Shown one piece after another: positions 27,277 through 41,878 of a stretch of DNA of 64,000 bases. The stretch's first letter is position 1, and each line of letters begins with the position of its first letter. The stretch is from Octopus vulgaris (lineage: Eukaryota), in NCBI GenBank assembly GCA_951406725.2, contig OX597824.1, positions 38,316,001-38,380,000 on the forward strand, written 5' to 3'. The position numbers were made by a program, and so were the translations under genes. Below the pieces are notes generated by a model. It saw nothing but the letters and a program-made list of their open reading frames with translations, was not told the origin of the DNA and did not search any database.

Positions 27277-28820
27277 ATATTAATAAAAAGAATTCCAACC
27301 TTGTCTGATTTTCACGTTTTATTTACAATCTTATAATGATATATTATAAGATAATATATTATAATTGAATAAAATAAAATGAAATAGTAGAATGTTAAAT
27401 ATTCATTCTGATTGAACTAGTACTTTCATGCATTGAATTCTGCAATCTTCGGGTTCATGTAGTAGTGTTGACAGTCATGCTTCACAATTTTTGACTGTAG
27501 CAAGATGAGTGATTCTGTGCTATAAATACAGCTGGGTAGGCTCCAGAGTGCTAGGTTTTGCAAACTGTATTCTGACCAATCAGTGTGTAGTATCACTCAA
27601 TTACTTAAGCTGATTGGTTGGTTGAGCTGATTGGTTTAGGCATCACGCTTTGTTGGACAGGTCAAGAGTCCTGTATCTTGACCCTGGCCGAAGCAGCAAT
27701 TGTTGGGTTATTTTTAGAAATGTTGTAAATATCCTTTGTCAGAGATTTTTATATTTTTATATTTCAATTGTCATCATCATCATTGTCAGCACCTTAATTA
27801 TTGTTGCTAGTGGTGATGGTGGTGGCAATAGAACTTTTAACCCTAAATAAGATAATTTTCCTGCTATCTTCGTCTTGATCACCTTTAGTATTGTTGTTGT
27901 TGTTAGTGGTCATGGTCGTAGCAGTGGAAGTAATACCTCTAAGTATTATTATTATTGCTTATTTAGCTTGGGTTCGAATTTATCAATAACAGAGACCCAG
28001 AGGTCCGTCAGATACCTTTGAGTAACCACCTAGCAACATGTGGTCGGAAAATATATATAATATTTCCATTCTACAAATTACACAGCCCAAGTGAAATCGA
28101 GAGGAAAATCAGAGAAAAGAATTTTATTGATAAATTCGAACCCAAGCTAAATAAGCAATAATAATAATACTTAGAGGTATTACTTCCACTGCTACGACCA
28201 TGACCACTAACAACAACAACAATACTAAAGGTGATCAAGACGAAGATAGCAGGAAAATTATCTTATTTAGGGTTAAAAGTTCTATTGCCACCACCATCAC
28301 CACTAGCAACAATAATTAAGGTGCTGACAATGATGATGATGACAATTGAAATATAAAAATATAAAAATCTCTGACAAAGGATATTTACAACATTTCTAAA
28401 AATAACCCAACAATTGCTGCTTCGGCCAGGGTCAAGATACAGGACTCTTGACCTGTCCAACAAAGCGTGATGCCTAAACCAATCAGCTCAACCAACCAAT
28501 CAGCTTAAGTAATTGAGTGATACTACACACTGATTGGTCAGAATACAGTTTGCAAAACCTAGCACTCTGGAGCCTACCCAGCTGTATTTATAGCACAGAA
28601 TCATATCTTGCTATCAAAAATTGTGAAGCATGACTGTCAACACTACTACATGAACCCGAAGATTGCATTCAATGCATTATAGTTCAATCAGAATGAATAT
28701 TTAACATTCTACTATTTCATTTTATTTTATTCAATTATAATATATTATCTTATAATATATCATTATAAGATTGTAAATAAAACGTAAAATCAGACAAGGT
28801 TGGATTCTTTTTATTAATAT
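27277..28820. repeat. Large inverted repeat (~710-bp arms, 134-bp spacer 27990-28123)
   Basis: Identical ORFs at 27650-27850(+) and 28263-28463(-). The arms can be followed out to flanking (TA)n. Confidence 0.95.
27413..27457 (-). ncRNA. Minimal hammerhead-like motif in the left arm of the large palindrome
   Basis: TGAAC-CCGAAGA-TTGCA(gaattcaa)TGCAT-GAA-AGTACT-A-GTTCA: 5-bp stem I, palindromic stem III, U4C variant core. Confidence 0.65.
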
Positions 28821-28841
28821 ATTCTTCTATATCACACACAC

Positions 28842-28888
<47 letters not shown>

Positions 28889-28898
28889 TTATATATGT

Positions 28899-28942
<44 letters not shown>

Positions 28943-29166
28943 GTGAGTGCGTGTGTGTGTGTGTCTGTGCATGTGTGTGTGTATGTATATCATGATAAGT
29001 GGTGTTGGTGTGTTTGCGTCCCTGTAACTTAGCGGTTCGGTGAAAGAAAACGATAAAACAAGGGTTAAAAATAGATACTGATGTGGATTCATTCGACTAA
29101 AAATTCAAGGCAGTGTCCCAGCATGGCTGCAGCTGTCTAATTACTGAAACAAATAAAAGAATAAAA

Positions 29167-29244
<78 letters not shown>

Positions 29245-29658
29245 GACTTTGGGTAAAAGAAAATACAGGAGGATCAGTTAATTATGATCTTATTCAATAT
29301 ATTCCTCTCTCAGATTCATAATTATTGTAGCTGTCCATCTGTTTTTGTATGTCCTGTAAAACAACTCGGAAGTGTGAGCCTCCAACGAGGCCTTTCGCCA
29401 TAAACTTTTCGGCCGCCCACCATGCAATATGCTCTGACAACCGAAACTTCGTGCTCATTGCCTACAACATTCTTGTTGAAGAATATTAGGCATGACTTTG
29501 TTGTAAGAACCACATGATTCAGCGTGACACCAGGTCCTCTATTTTGTCCTCGGAGAGACCAAAGCATTTTCAGTGGATTTGGTAGACGGAAACTGAAAGC
29601 CCGTCGTATGTATGTATGTATGTATGTATGTATGTATGTATGTATGTATGTATGTATG

Positions 29659-29710
<52 letters not shown>

Positions 29711-29711
<1 letters not shown>

Positions 29712-30662
29712 TAGCATTAAAGATCCGTCGTTGCCGGGTCATAGTGCTAGTGCATGTATATGTGTATATATATGTGTACATATTACATGTACATCTATAT
29801 ATATATATATACATCTACACATAAAATACAAAATACATAGTTATATCTTGATATCGCTAGTGATAACAATACTCAAAATATATAACATACTGGAATTGTT
29901 AGCCCGTCTCTTGTAATTTCGATCAATTGTATCTTGTCCTCCCTCTTGTATAGAAGTGTGGCTACGTCCCAGATATAAAGGTAAAAATAAAATATTTCCA
30001 CTTTGCAAGTTCGAGTCGAGTACTCCCTTGCACGCTCCATTGACTCGAACCTTGCTTCTATTGTGGCGAATTTACCGCCTCTGATTAGATATCTTTCATA
30101 GTCGCACCAAGACACTTTTCGAAGGTGCTTTCCTCCGTGTGTTCAAATCTTTTTTCTCTACATTGTATACTTTATAGACAATAGTCTTTTCTTTAATTTA
30201 ATTTTTTATTATCCATCTGGACTATTCCATTTCTGCACGCTAATTTTATTTTTGATTTATTCCCATTCATGTGAAACCACTTATTCAAGTTCAAGTCATT
30301 GATGCAATTTTATACCAATTGCTATTTTTACTTTTGTTATGTTACGATTATATTATAGTTTGATTTTAATTATTACTTACTACATATAATTCAATTGTTA
30401 TTATTATTTTTATTGTTAAAGTGAAAGTATCTGACATAAAATAGAGAAATGTTTTTGTTTCACTTTTAACACGTAATACTGAAATAGTGGAGAAGATATG
30501 ATATTGCTATGGGCTCGCTCTAGGCAAGGAGTTGAACATTTCTTTTGCCGATGACACTCCCCGGACTCTAAGTAAGGCATGTGTAAAATTTGAATGAAAT
30601 TGGTTGTGTAGTTCTCAAGTTTTAGGGAAACACACAGACAGACAGTTTTATATATATAAAGA
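29711..30662 (-). mobile_element. Non-autonomous Helitron
   Basis: Minus-strand 5' TCTTTATATATATAAAAC and 3' hairpin GACCCGGCAACGACGGATC + CTAG. Confidence 0.7.
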
Positions 30663-31639
30663 TATATATATATGCTTGTGTGTTTATGTAGCCGTAACTT
30701 AGCGGTTCTACAAAAGACACCGATAAAATAAGTAGTAGGCTTACAAAGAATAAATCATGGGGTCGATTTGTTCGATTAAAGCGGTTCTCTAGCATGGCCG
30801 CAGTTAAATGACTGAAACAAGTAATAGAATAAAAGAATATATAGATATGTGTGTGTGTGTGTGTATGTGTGTGTGTAGTAAGATATGGTTGATAATTGTG
30901 GGTTATGATGTCAGTGCTGTTGAGGGTGGGATAGGTGAGAAATGGAATGATGGATCCATAGTTGTGATAGTTGTGGAGGCGGGGACGAGGTTTCTGGCGT
31001 TTAAATGAGAAATGCCGACTAGCAAAACCTTTATTTTCATTACTATTTTCACGTATGTGTGTGTGTGTGTGTGTGTGTGTTTGTATTTATTTATGTATGT
31101 TTGCGTGCATGCGTATGTGCACATGTGGCGGAAAGCCTCTCTAGCATGGATAGAAAACACTAGAGAGGCAAAGCATGGGGAAAGATAAAAGAGGGAGGGT
31201 CTGTTTTTGTAGAGGGTGAGTATTGAGAAAAATAAGGTGGCGGCGATGGGGTGGGGTGGGGGTGGGGTGGTGGGATAAGCCTCTTTAGTTTCCTTTCCTA
31301 ACGTGCCTATATACCAGGGCTCTTGTACCATCGTCAATACCAACGCCAACACAAACACAAACACCGTCGTCAGCACGCATTTGTAGCGCCGTCATCACCA
31401 TCAACACTACCATCACCTCCATCGCTGCCACCACCAACACCACCACCACTGTCACCGGCGCCGCAAGCGACGACGACAACAACCGCCGCCGCCGTCACCA
31501 CCACCACCACAACCATTGATCTTGGGTGTAAAGGCATGACATATGTCAGTTCTAAGCTATGTTAAAAAAAAATCACTAGCGTTGCATGACGTTAAGTATA
31601 AGGCTAATTAAATGAATAGTGCTGATGTATATTATATAT

Positions 31640-31672
31640 ACTATGTGTATGCATGTATGTATGCATGCATGC

Positions 31673-31703
<31 letters not shown>

Positions 31704-31955
31704 TGTATGTATGTATGTATGTATGTATGTATGTGCGTATGTGTATTCATGTATGTATGTATGTATGTGTGTATGCATATATGTATGTGTGTGCGTATTT
31801 ATGTATGTGTGTAAGTATGTATGTGTGTGTATGTATGTATGTATGTATGTATGTATGTATGTATGTATATATGTGTGTGTATGTATGTATCTATGTGTGT
31901 ATGTATGTATGTGTGTGTGTATTTATGTGTGTGTTTAAGTATGTATGTGAGTATG

Positions 31956-31989
<34 letters not shown>

Positions 31990-32081
31990 TGTATATATGT
32001 GTGTGTATGTATGTATCTATGTGTGTATGTATGTATGTGTGTGTGTATTTATGTGTGTGTTTAAGTATGTATGTGAGTATG

Positions 32082-32115
<34 letters not shown>

Positions 32116-32260
32116 TGTATGTACGTGTATGTGTGTGTATGTATGTGTGCTTGTATGTATGTATGTATGTATCTGTATATGTGTATGTATGTGTGTGTAT
32201 GCATGTATGTACATATATGTCTATGTATACGTATGTATACGTGTATATGTATTTGTGCGC
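31640..32260. repeat. Compound (GTAT)/(GT) microsatellite with a ~125-bp higher-order tandem duplication
   Basis: The motif ...ATCTATGTGTG...GTTTAAGTATGTATGTGAGT occurs twice (~31860-31985 and ~31985-32110). Confidence 0.8.
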
Positions 32261-32459
32261 TTATAAAAGTACGTATCATCTTTATGTTCTGCTTGGTTGA
32301 AGACAACGCCATGAAGAATTTTAGTCGAACAAATTCCCCCATTACTTATTTTTAAGCAGCTTGGTACTTATTGTATCCATATCTTTGCCGAACTCCTAAG
32401 TTAGGAGCACGCCAAGACCAGTTGTTAAGCAGTACTGGGGGGGACAAACATGAAGGAAT

Positions 32460-34560
32460 TCAATATGACGGGAGGACTCCACCCAAGGGCAGGAGTGGCA
32501 AGATTATGCATACCTAGAAAGGAAGGCGGAAGAGGGTTAAGACTGCGTAGAGTTAAGTAGAGTAGATATAGACTCCTATGTTGGTAATAGTGAAGAAAGT
32601 TTATTAAAAGCTGCTAGAGTCACAGCATGAAATAGGGAAGCAAAAAAACCCAAACGAAGTTAAAAACCAGAAAAAAGAACAGAAATTACTTGAGTGGCAA
32701 GAGAAGGTGTTGCATTGTACATTCCCAAAGATAGTTGCAGCAAAAAAGTTGTAGTGAGACATGGTTATAGTTGCAGAAAGGAAAGCTGAAGAGAGAGATA
32801 GACATTTGTTAGTTGCTGCATAAGATCAAGCATTAAGAACTAATTGGATAAAAGCCAAGATAGACTAACACCAAGTAGATTCCCAATGTAGATTATGCAA
32901 ATCAAAATAATAATAATCCTTTCTCCTGAAAGGTACCAGGCCTGAAATTTTGGGGGAGGAGAATAGTCGATCACATCGATCCCAGTGTTTCACTGGTACT
33001 TAATTCATCAACCCCGAAAGGATCTTTTCTACTCTAGAGACAAGGCCCAAAACTTTTGGAGAGGGGGCCAGTCGATTAGATTGACTCGAACACGCAACTG
33101 GTACTTAATTTATCGACCTTGAAAGGATGAAGAGCAAAGTCGACCTCAACGGAATTTGAACTCAGAACGTAAAGACACGAAATACTGACAAGCATTTCGC
33201 CAGCTCACCGTCTTAACAATAACAACAACAATAATAAGCGTTAAGGAACAAGCGTTAATGACCAACTATATGAAGTGCAGAATATGCAATACTACCGGTA
33301 GTGAAAAATGCAGAATGTGAGGTGAGAGGGGCGGAACGGCATGGCACATGGTTAGCGAATACCTGAAATTGGCACAACGTATATACAAAAGACGCATGAC
33401 AATGTGGCAATAATGATCTGTTGGGAGCTATGTAGACACCACGGGCTACAAGAAGCAAAGCACCTGGTATAAGAAAACTCCAGAATGAGTCACCGAAAAG
33501 GAGAATTGCAAAATCCTGTGAGATTCAATGATTCAGTGCGATCACCCGACCAGAAATCGGAAAACGGACACTGTTGTGGTAAATAAAAAAGAAAGAATAT
33601 GTATGATAATCGACAGAGCATGTTCCGATGACAACAGGATCAATGTGAAAGAAGAATAAAAATAAACAACTATTGTGGTCAATGAAGAGAATAGACGTGA
33701 TACCAATAATAATTGGTGCACTTGGAAGTATCAGCACTCAATTACCAACATGGCTGAAAAAGATTGGTGCAAGTGTGAAGGTAGAACACCTACAAAAATC
33801 AGCATTGCTTGGAACTGCAAGAATTCTTCGCAAGGTCTTGAAGCATGACCAGTAAACAAGTGTCACCTTAGTCAGCTGGCTGTGATCAGCTGACACTTTC
33901 TATCATACCCAGCCAAATAAGCTAAGTGTTTTCATCAAATAACAACAACAATAATAATATTGTGAAAGTCTTGCACAGAAAGAGTACGAGCGTAGACACG
34001 ACAAGGAAGCCCAAAACCTCCACTGGCTACTATGCCGTAAGTATGGATATGAGATTACGGGTGCTTGGAACTAACATACACCGAAAAAGGTAATGAACGA
34101 AATGGGGGAGGCAAAACTCGTCTGGGACTTTGATTTCAAACTGACAAGGTGTTAGAGCATCGAAGGCCGGATATAGTAACATTTGGGATGGACAAACAAG
34201 AGTGCCTAATAATTGACGTGGCAGTGCCAGGAGATCAACATATTATCATGAAAGAAAGAGAAAAGACTGATAAATATGGAGACCTGAGAATTGTGATCGC
34301 TAAGATGTGGTAGCTATTGTCATCGGAACATTGGGCTCAGAACCACCCAATCTGAAAAAACATCTGAAAACCTTAGAAATAACCTACAGTCTAGATGTAT
34401 TGCAAAATCGGCGTTACTTGGAACTGCACGCATATTACGTAATCTACTGTCTGTTTGAGGTCCTTGTGGTGACATGACAAACAGTACAAACCCCGGTAGA
34501 CACAATATCTTCAATCATCAACCTTATGGTATTGTACACGGTATGACGTCTATAATAGTA
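32460..34560 (+). mobile_element. Cluster of R4/Dong-like RLE LINE fragments interrupted by SINEs
   Basis: Degenerate KILWD...PD motifs, IPIIIGALG...LQKSALLGTARILRKVL (33673-33855). A second 3' end at ~34420. Bounded by (AAT)n. Confidence 0.75.
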
Positions 34561-34971
34561 ATAATAATAATAATTTCTATTATAGGCACAAGGCCTGAAA
34601 TTTGGGAAGGGGGATATTCGATTGCATCAACCCCAGTACTTAACTGGTACTTAATTTATCGACCCCGACAGGATAAAAGGTAAAGTCGACCCCAGCAGAA
34701 TTTGAACTCAGAACGTAGTGGTAGACCATATACCTATTTCTTTACTATCCACAAAGGGCTAAATACAGAGGGGACAAACAAGGACAGACAAACGGATTAA
34801 GTCGATTATATCGACCCCAGTGCGTAACTGGTACTTAATTTATCGACCCCGAAAGGATGAAAGGCAAAGTCGATCTCGGCGGAATTTGAACTCAGAACGT
34901 AAGGGCAGACGAAATACGGCTACGCATTTCGCCCGGCGTGCTAACGTTTCTGCCAGCTCCTTTCCTTAATA

Positions 34972-35036
<65 letters not shown>

Positions 35037-35046
35037 TTCTTTGCAG

Positions 35047-35135
35047 TTGTAAAAGCCTTGGTGGTAAAGCCCGTGCAGAGATTTGATTACATAAAACCAT
35101 CAACAACTACTCTAAAAATTATAAGAATTTTTAAG
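35047..35135 (+). CDS. TIMP: TIMP exon 2 (VVKALVVKPVQRFDYIKPSTTTLKIIRIFK)
   Basis: Acceptor tttttctttgcAG, phase 1 in and phase 0 out, donor AAG|GTAAG. V-x-K-A ... K-I-x-x-I-F-K matches TIMP strands A/B and the conserved intron position after F-K. Confidence 0.88.
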
Positions 35136-35150
35136 GTAAGCAGAGAACAA

Positions 35151-35220
<70 letters not shown>

Positions 35221-35223
35221 GTA

Positions 35224-35315
<92 letters not shown>

Positions 35316-35320
35316 AATAA

Positions 35321-35470
35321 TGGGATTCAACACGCTAGAAAGAACAGCTAGGTTCTATAACCACAAAAATTAGGGATAAAATTCGACAGGGACAAAATGA
35401 AAAATAAAAACATTTTACTAATTTTTGTGGTTATAGAACCTAGCTGTTCTTTCTAGCGTGTTGAATCCCA
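35321..35470. repeat. Perfect 53-bp inverted repeat, 44-bp spacer
   Basis: 35321-35373 is the reverse complement of 35418-35470. Confidence 0.93.
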
Positions 35471-35776
35471 CGAGCGGATTCCTTATGTGTTTAGATGTAC
35501 ACTGTATCTTATGACTAATACATAGTCTTTTTAGACTAAATTTTTACACGTCAGGCCACTGGAAGTGAAAATTTTAATTAATTTTCCATCTCCCTTTGAT
35601 ATGTTTAAGTATAACACAATTATATACGTAGATAAGTCAGAAGGATATATTTTGATTATTCCTAGCGTGTGGATCTTGTTTTGGGTAGGTTCCATAGTGA
35701 CTCTCTTATCTGTTCATATAAAATATATGTATTTATTGAAACGAACTCAACGATTTTTTTCCCATTCTCTCCTTAG

Positions 35777-35885
35777 GGTAATGAATCAAGTCTGAACGAG
35801 ATGGGCACTTATCCTTTGGTGACGCTCGAAATGTCGCCTCTGTGTGAGGATGGTTTCACAAAAGGAAACAAATACCTCATACATG
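35777..35885 (+). CDS. TIMP: TIMP exon 3 (GNESSLNEMGTYPLVTLEMSPLCEDGFTKGNKYLIH)
   Basis: Acceptor ttctctccttAG, 109 nt (phase 0 to 1), donor G|GTAAG. Contains the T....S.C (Cys70 equivalent) and YLI motifs. Confidence 0.88.
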
Positions 35886-36256
35886 GTAAGTTAGATTAAA
35901 TATTGTGGTGGACTGTGCATCTCATTGCATCGTGTTACACCATATAACTGATAACTCTGGTTTTGAAAGTGAGGTGTGAGTTTATTGAGAACAGGGTGTA
36001 AGAGAATTCTTAATAAAAAATTATGAATTATATATATATAAAAAGATCTTTAAAAAAAGGAGATTAACAGAGACCTGACCGAAGGAAGTTTATGTGTAAG
36101 TGCTTTTGCTGTTTTCAGCTTTTCAAACACACGTGTTATAAGGTAATTCATACGGATTACCATTCATTACATCTGTGTTAAGCTGCTTTTTAAAAAGTAT
36201 TTAAAAAATATTATTTATGATTTTTAATTACATACATATATATATATATATATGTA

Positions 36257-36288
<32 letters not shown>

Positions 36289-36626
36289 AACAGTACATTA
36301 CTGATTATGACATATACCTGATTAGAATGTTATCTACAGTTTTTGTGACCTTTGCGCTAGCTAATATTATCACATGTAATTTTGGCGGGCAGACCAACAT
36401 TCTCCTGAATAGAACGCCAATTCGTTGCAGAGTTACTCATTTACAGCTGAGTAGATTGGAGCAACGTGAAATGAAGTGTTTTTCTCAAGAACACAACGCA
36501 CCGCCGTGTTCTGCTAACGAAACTTTAATCTTGTGCCCGTGAGTGCAACGGTTTAACCACTAAGCTACGCGCCTTCGTGTATGTATGTATGTATGTATGT
36601 ATGTATGTATGTATGTATGTATCTAT

Positions 36627-38045
36627 GTAGGCCTTGGAGTCTCGCGTGTTAGTACTCGGAAGTTACGTCTGTGAATATATTGCTTTACCCCCGCTTCGCT
36701 AAAATTGTATATGTGCAACTAGGAAGATAGAAAAGTGGCGACGAGATATTCGAAGCTAGCGTCGGACGGTCGAATTTTTTAGTACGAAACTAAAGAAAAA
36801 AATCGTTAACAAGGTGAATATATTGGCCCGCGTGGTGAAGTTGCCACAGCAACAGCAGCTGTGACAACAACAGTAACAGCAGCAGCAGCAGAAACAGCGG
36901 TTGCATCAGCAAAGAGAACAACAGCAGCAACAGTTGCTGGAATTAATGTTGAAGTCGCCTGAAGGTACTTCCGGGTTGCTTACGTCGGACTCCGCGGCGA
37001 ACTCGAGTGGAGAGTTTGCCAATAATCCAGCAGAAGTTATTACTATCTCTGTATATTTTCAAAGATACGAAGAAATCGTGAAAGAAGAATGCTGCAATTG
37101 GACTGACGAGAAGAAAATTCAACTACTTTTAAGAAAGTTATCTCCTGTCGATCACAAAAAATATTGTAATTATATTCTGCCGAAGAAACCAGGTGATATT
37201 TGTTTCGATGATACAATTAACATTCTATCGAAAATTTTCTGTGAAAGAAGTTCCCTGTACAATACTCGCTGGCAGCGTTTAAATTTGGTAAAAAGATGAT
37301 TAAGATTTCGTTACCTATGCTAGGTGGTAAACTGAGAATGGGAAAATTCAAATTAAATGAATTAACCCCGGATATTTTCAAATGTTTAATCTTTGTTCAA
37401 TGGCTAACTGCAAGGAAAAATACATATATACATTTCTGGATATTAACAAAATTAGAACAGGAACAAAAATAAACTCTACAGGCAGTAGCAGAGGAATGCT
37501 AGAGGACTATAAATTTAAGACATGACACAGATAAAATTGAAGAAATGTCGACCTGTAACGGACCTGTAACGGACCTGTAACTTATGGGACCTCCCCATAA
37601 ATATTTTTTGTAAAACTGTGAATGGTTTTTCCGCCAGGACAAATAAGGCATCGGAGGAATTTTAAAAAAAAAGAATTAAAAAAAGATTTTTCCAGAGGTT
37701 TTACTGATGAATTAGGTCTTTGAACAAAAGCAAAGGCGAAGTTTCAAGTAAAAGAAATTTCTATACTGGAATTTAAACCAATAAGGACTGTATCTTTCGC
37801 AACGTTTAAACAAATAAACGTCTTCTACGATATTTTCGAAGTCCTCTACGAAATTTTCTTCACAAGAAACCGTCGAGCCAAGACGCACAAGTACAAGAGA
37901 AAGAAAATATACGGAATTGTTGGAAGCAGTTCCAAAACGAAAACATTTTTAGGCTTTCGATGGAAATAAATCGCAAAAAAGGAGACATGGTTTGAAAAAA
38001 TATTTATTCACTTCCAGCGGAAGTCCTTCTCCAAAGGGAAGATGT
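36627..38045 (+). mobile_element. Internally deleted Gypsy (Mag-like) LTR element in TIMP intron 3
   Basis: PBS-like TGGCGACGAG at 36736. Gag-like ORF 36901-37299 (YFQRYEE...WTDEKKIQLLLRKL...YILPKKP). Purine tract before TG at ~38031-38043. No matching 3' LTR seen. Confidence 0.7.
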
Positions 38046-38123
38046 TGAAGTGATAGGTATTAACACCCCTGTGTGATTACAAGGTGAACTCGTCGAACTC
38101 ATATTTTGATTCTTTATTTTCAG

Positions 38124-38245
38124 CATCTTTCAATAATGGTTCTCTGGGAACGCATTTATGCTGGGGAAATAAATCCTGGTTTAGTCTCTCCAAAGTTATG
38201 AGACGTGGACTGGCAAGATACTATAACCGTCATTGCGAATGCAAG
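38124..38245 (+). CDS. TIMP: TIMP exon 4 (ASFNNGSLGTHLCWGNKSWFSLSKVMRRGLARYYNRHCECK)
   Basis: Acceptor ttattttcAG, 122 nt (phase 1 to 0), donor AAG|GTAAG. The C....W..LS...RRGL...Y...C.C pattern marks the end of the TIMP N-domain. Confidence 0.92.
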
Positions 38246-38485
38246 GTAAGTGTCGATGTGTACAAATGCCAAATAATTTTTGTACATTATCATAATCCCT
38301 ATTTCTTTCCTTTCTTCTTTCCCACATTACTTCCTTCCTTCTTTCTTTCTTTCCTTCCTTTCTTCCTTCCTTCTTTCCTTCCTTCCTTCCTTCCTTCCTT
38401 CCTTCCTTTCATTCAAGCTAGAGGATGTATTATTAGTGATGATTATGGACACATATAAATCCAAATAGTCATATGGGGGATGTGA

Positions 38486-38591
<106 letters not shown>

Positions 38592-38658
38592 GTAATAATA
38601 ATAATAATAATAAATGGTGGTAGAGGACCAATTAGTATAGACCATTGTAATGATGATG

Positions 38659-38691
<33 letters not shown>

Positions 38692-38740
38692 GGTGGCAGA
38701 GGACCAATTAGTATAGACCATTGTAATGATGATGATGATG

Positions 38741-38784
<44 letters not shown>

Positions 38785-38859
38785 TAATAATGATAATGGC
38801 TTCAAATTTTGCCACAGTGGCATCCATTTTGGGCGAGAGGATGAGTCGAAAGGATGAAA

Positions 38860-40420
<1,561 letters not shown>

Positions 40421-41191
40421 TTGTTTCTTGAGTCCATTGCAGCGTTACTCAAGAAACAGGAAGAAAGAGTGAGAGAAAGTTGTGGCGAAAGAGTACAACA
40501 AGAGTTGCCACCACCACCTGCCGGAGCCTCGTGGAGTTTTAGGTGTTTTCGCTCAATAAACACACACAACGCCGGGTCTGGGAATCGAAACCGCGATCCT
40601 CCGACCGCGAGTCCGCTGCCCTAACCACTGGGCCATTGCGCCTCAGCTGAAGAACTTTTAGTCGAATGAATCGTATTCATTCGACTAAATGTATTTTTCT
40701 TTATTTTTCTTTAAGTCTGCTAATTAGCAATATCGGACACTTTTTGCCGAACCGCTAGTTACGGGTATGTAAACAAACCAACACCGGTTGTCAAGCAGTG
40801 GCGGTGGTGATGGTGTTGGTGGGGGCAAGCACAAAGACACACACACACACACATGTGGAGAGCAAACACTGACACAAAGACACCCTCTCACACACATCAC
40901 ATATATATGACAGGCTTCTTTCAGTTTCCGCCTACCAAATCCACTCACAAGGCTTTGGTCAGACCGAGACAATAGTAGAAGGCACTTGCGCAAGATACCA
41001 TGCAGTGGGACTGAACCCGGAACCTTGTGGGCTGGGAAGCAAGCTTCTTACCACACAGCCACACCTGTAAATTTATATATGAAAATTCCCTTTCTCCTTT
41101 GTTTTTGTATTCTAACTGTTCTTTCGATCGGCTCTTGTAGCCAATAAAGAGATTAAAATGTATTACACGTATTTATTTTTGTCTTTTTCAG

Positions 41192-41338
41192 CATCCGCGT
41201 TTTGTTATTTCTGAATGTCACCATAAACATTCCTTCCTTTCAAAACGCAACAACCAATGTGTTTGGGCGAGAACAAAATACTTCAAGAAATGTTGGGAGT
41301 GCGGAGTAAAGAAGAAGTGTACAGCCAGCGTCCATTAA
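41192..41338 (+). CDS. TIMP: Probable TIMP terminal exon (HPRFVISECHHKHSFLSKRNNQCVWARTKYFKKCWECGVKKKCTASVH*)
   Basis: Acceptor gtctttttcAG, phase 0 open frame with 5 Cys, C..KH and C-x-W motifs and a TAA stop. Spliced total is about 203 aa with 12 Cys in the mature chain. Confidence 0.72.
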   Translation, partial: HPRFVISECHHKHSFLSKRNNQCVWARTKYFKKCWECGVKKKCTASVH

Positions 41339-41507
41339 TTCAGACTATTTTTTTTTCTTAAATATAATTCTATTTATCATATTTCTATATTTATATTTTA
41401 CGTATACATGTAGAATATGTTTGTGGGCTTTAATTAAAAATATAATATTACATCATGTGATATGTGATATGATGTATAGTTGTATCACAGACTAACTGGA
41501 TGAGGAC

Positions 41508-41552
<45 letters not shown>

Positions 41553-41708
41553 ATATACATATATGTATGTATGGACGAGGATATGCATATGCATAAATTA
41601 TATAAACACGTTTATATGTGCACATATGATGTATATATACATATATGAATATAAATATATATATGTGTGTGTGTATATATATATATATGTATATCAATAA
41701 TAATAAGG

Positions 41709-41743
<35 letters not shown>

Positions 41744-41765
41744 TGTATGTATGTATGTATGTATG

Positions 41766-41808
<43 letters not shown>

Positions 41809-41840
41809 TTTATTTTAAGCAGCAGAAAATTCAGCAAAAT

Positions 41841-41878
41841 CTGTTACTCTGAGTTTCTCGTTGCCGTTCATCAGACAT
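41841..41878 (-). ncRNA. Minimal type I hammerhead ribozyme motif
   Basis: Minus strand reads TGT-CTGATGA-ACG-GCAA-CGA-GAAACTCAGAGTA-ACA: canonical core, GNRA loop II, quasi-palindromic stem III, GUA site. Confidence 0.7.

Noticed and set aside
27650-28463. Two identical 66-aa membrane-like ORFs on opposite strands
   Set aside because: A consequence of the palindrome. Non-ATG start and no recognisable domain.
34938-35351. 137-aa poly-Asn/poly-Asp ORF
   Set aside because: Microsatellite read-through around the real 89-nt TIMP exon 2.
38611-38735. CRISPR-like repeat-spacer pattern (45-bp unit twice; also an 11-bp unit x3 at 37550)
   Set aside because: Simple tandem duplications with microsatellite spacers in eukaryotic DNA.
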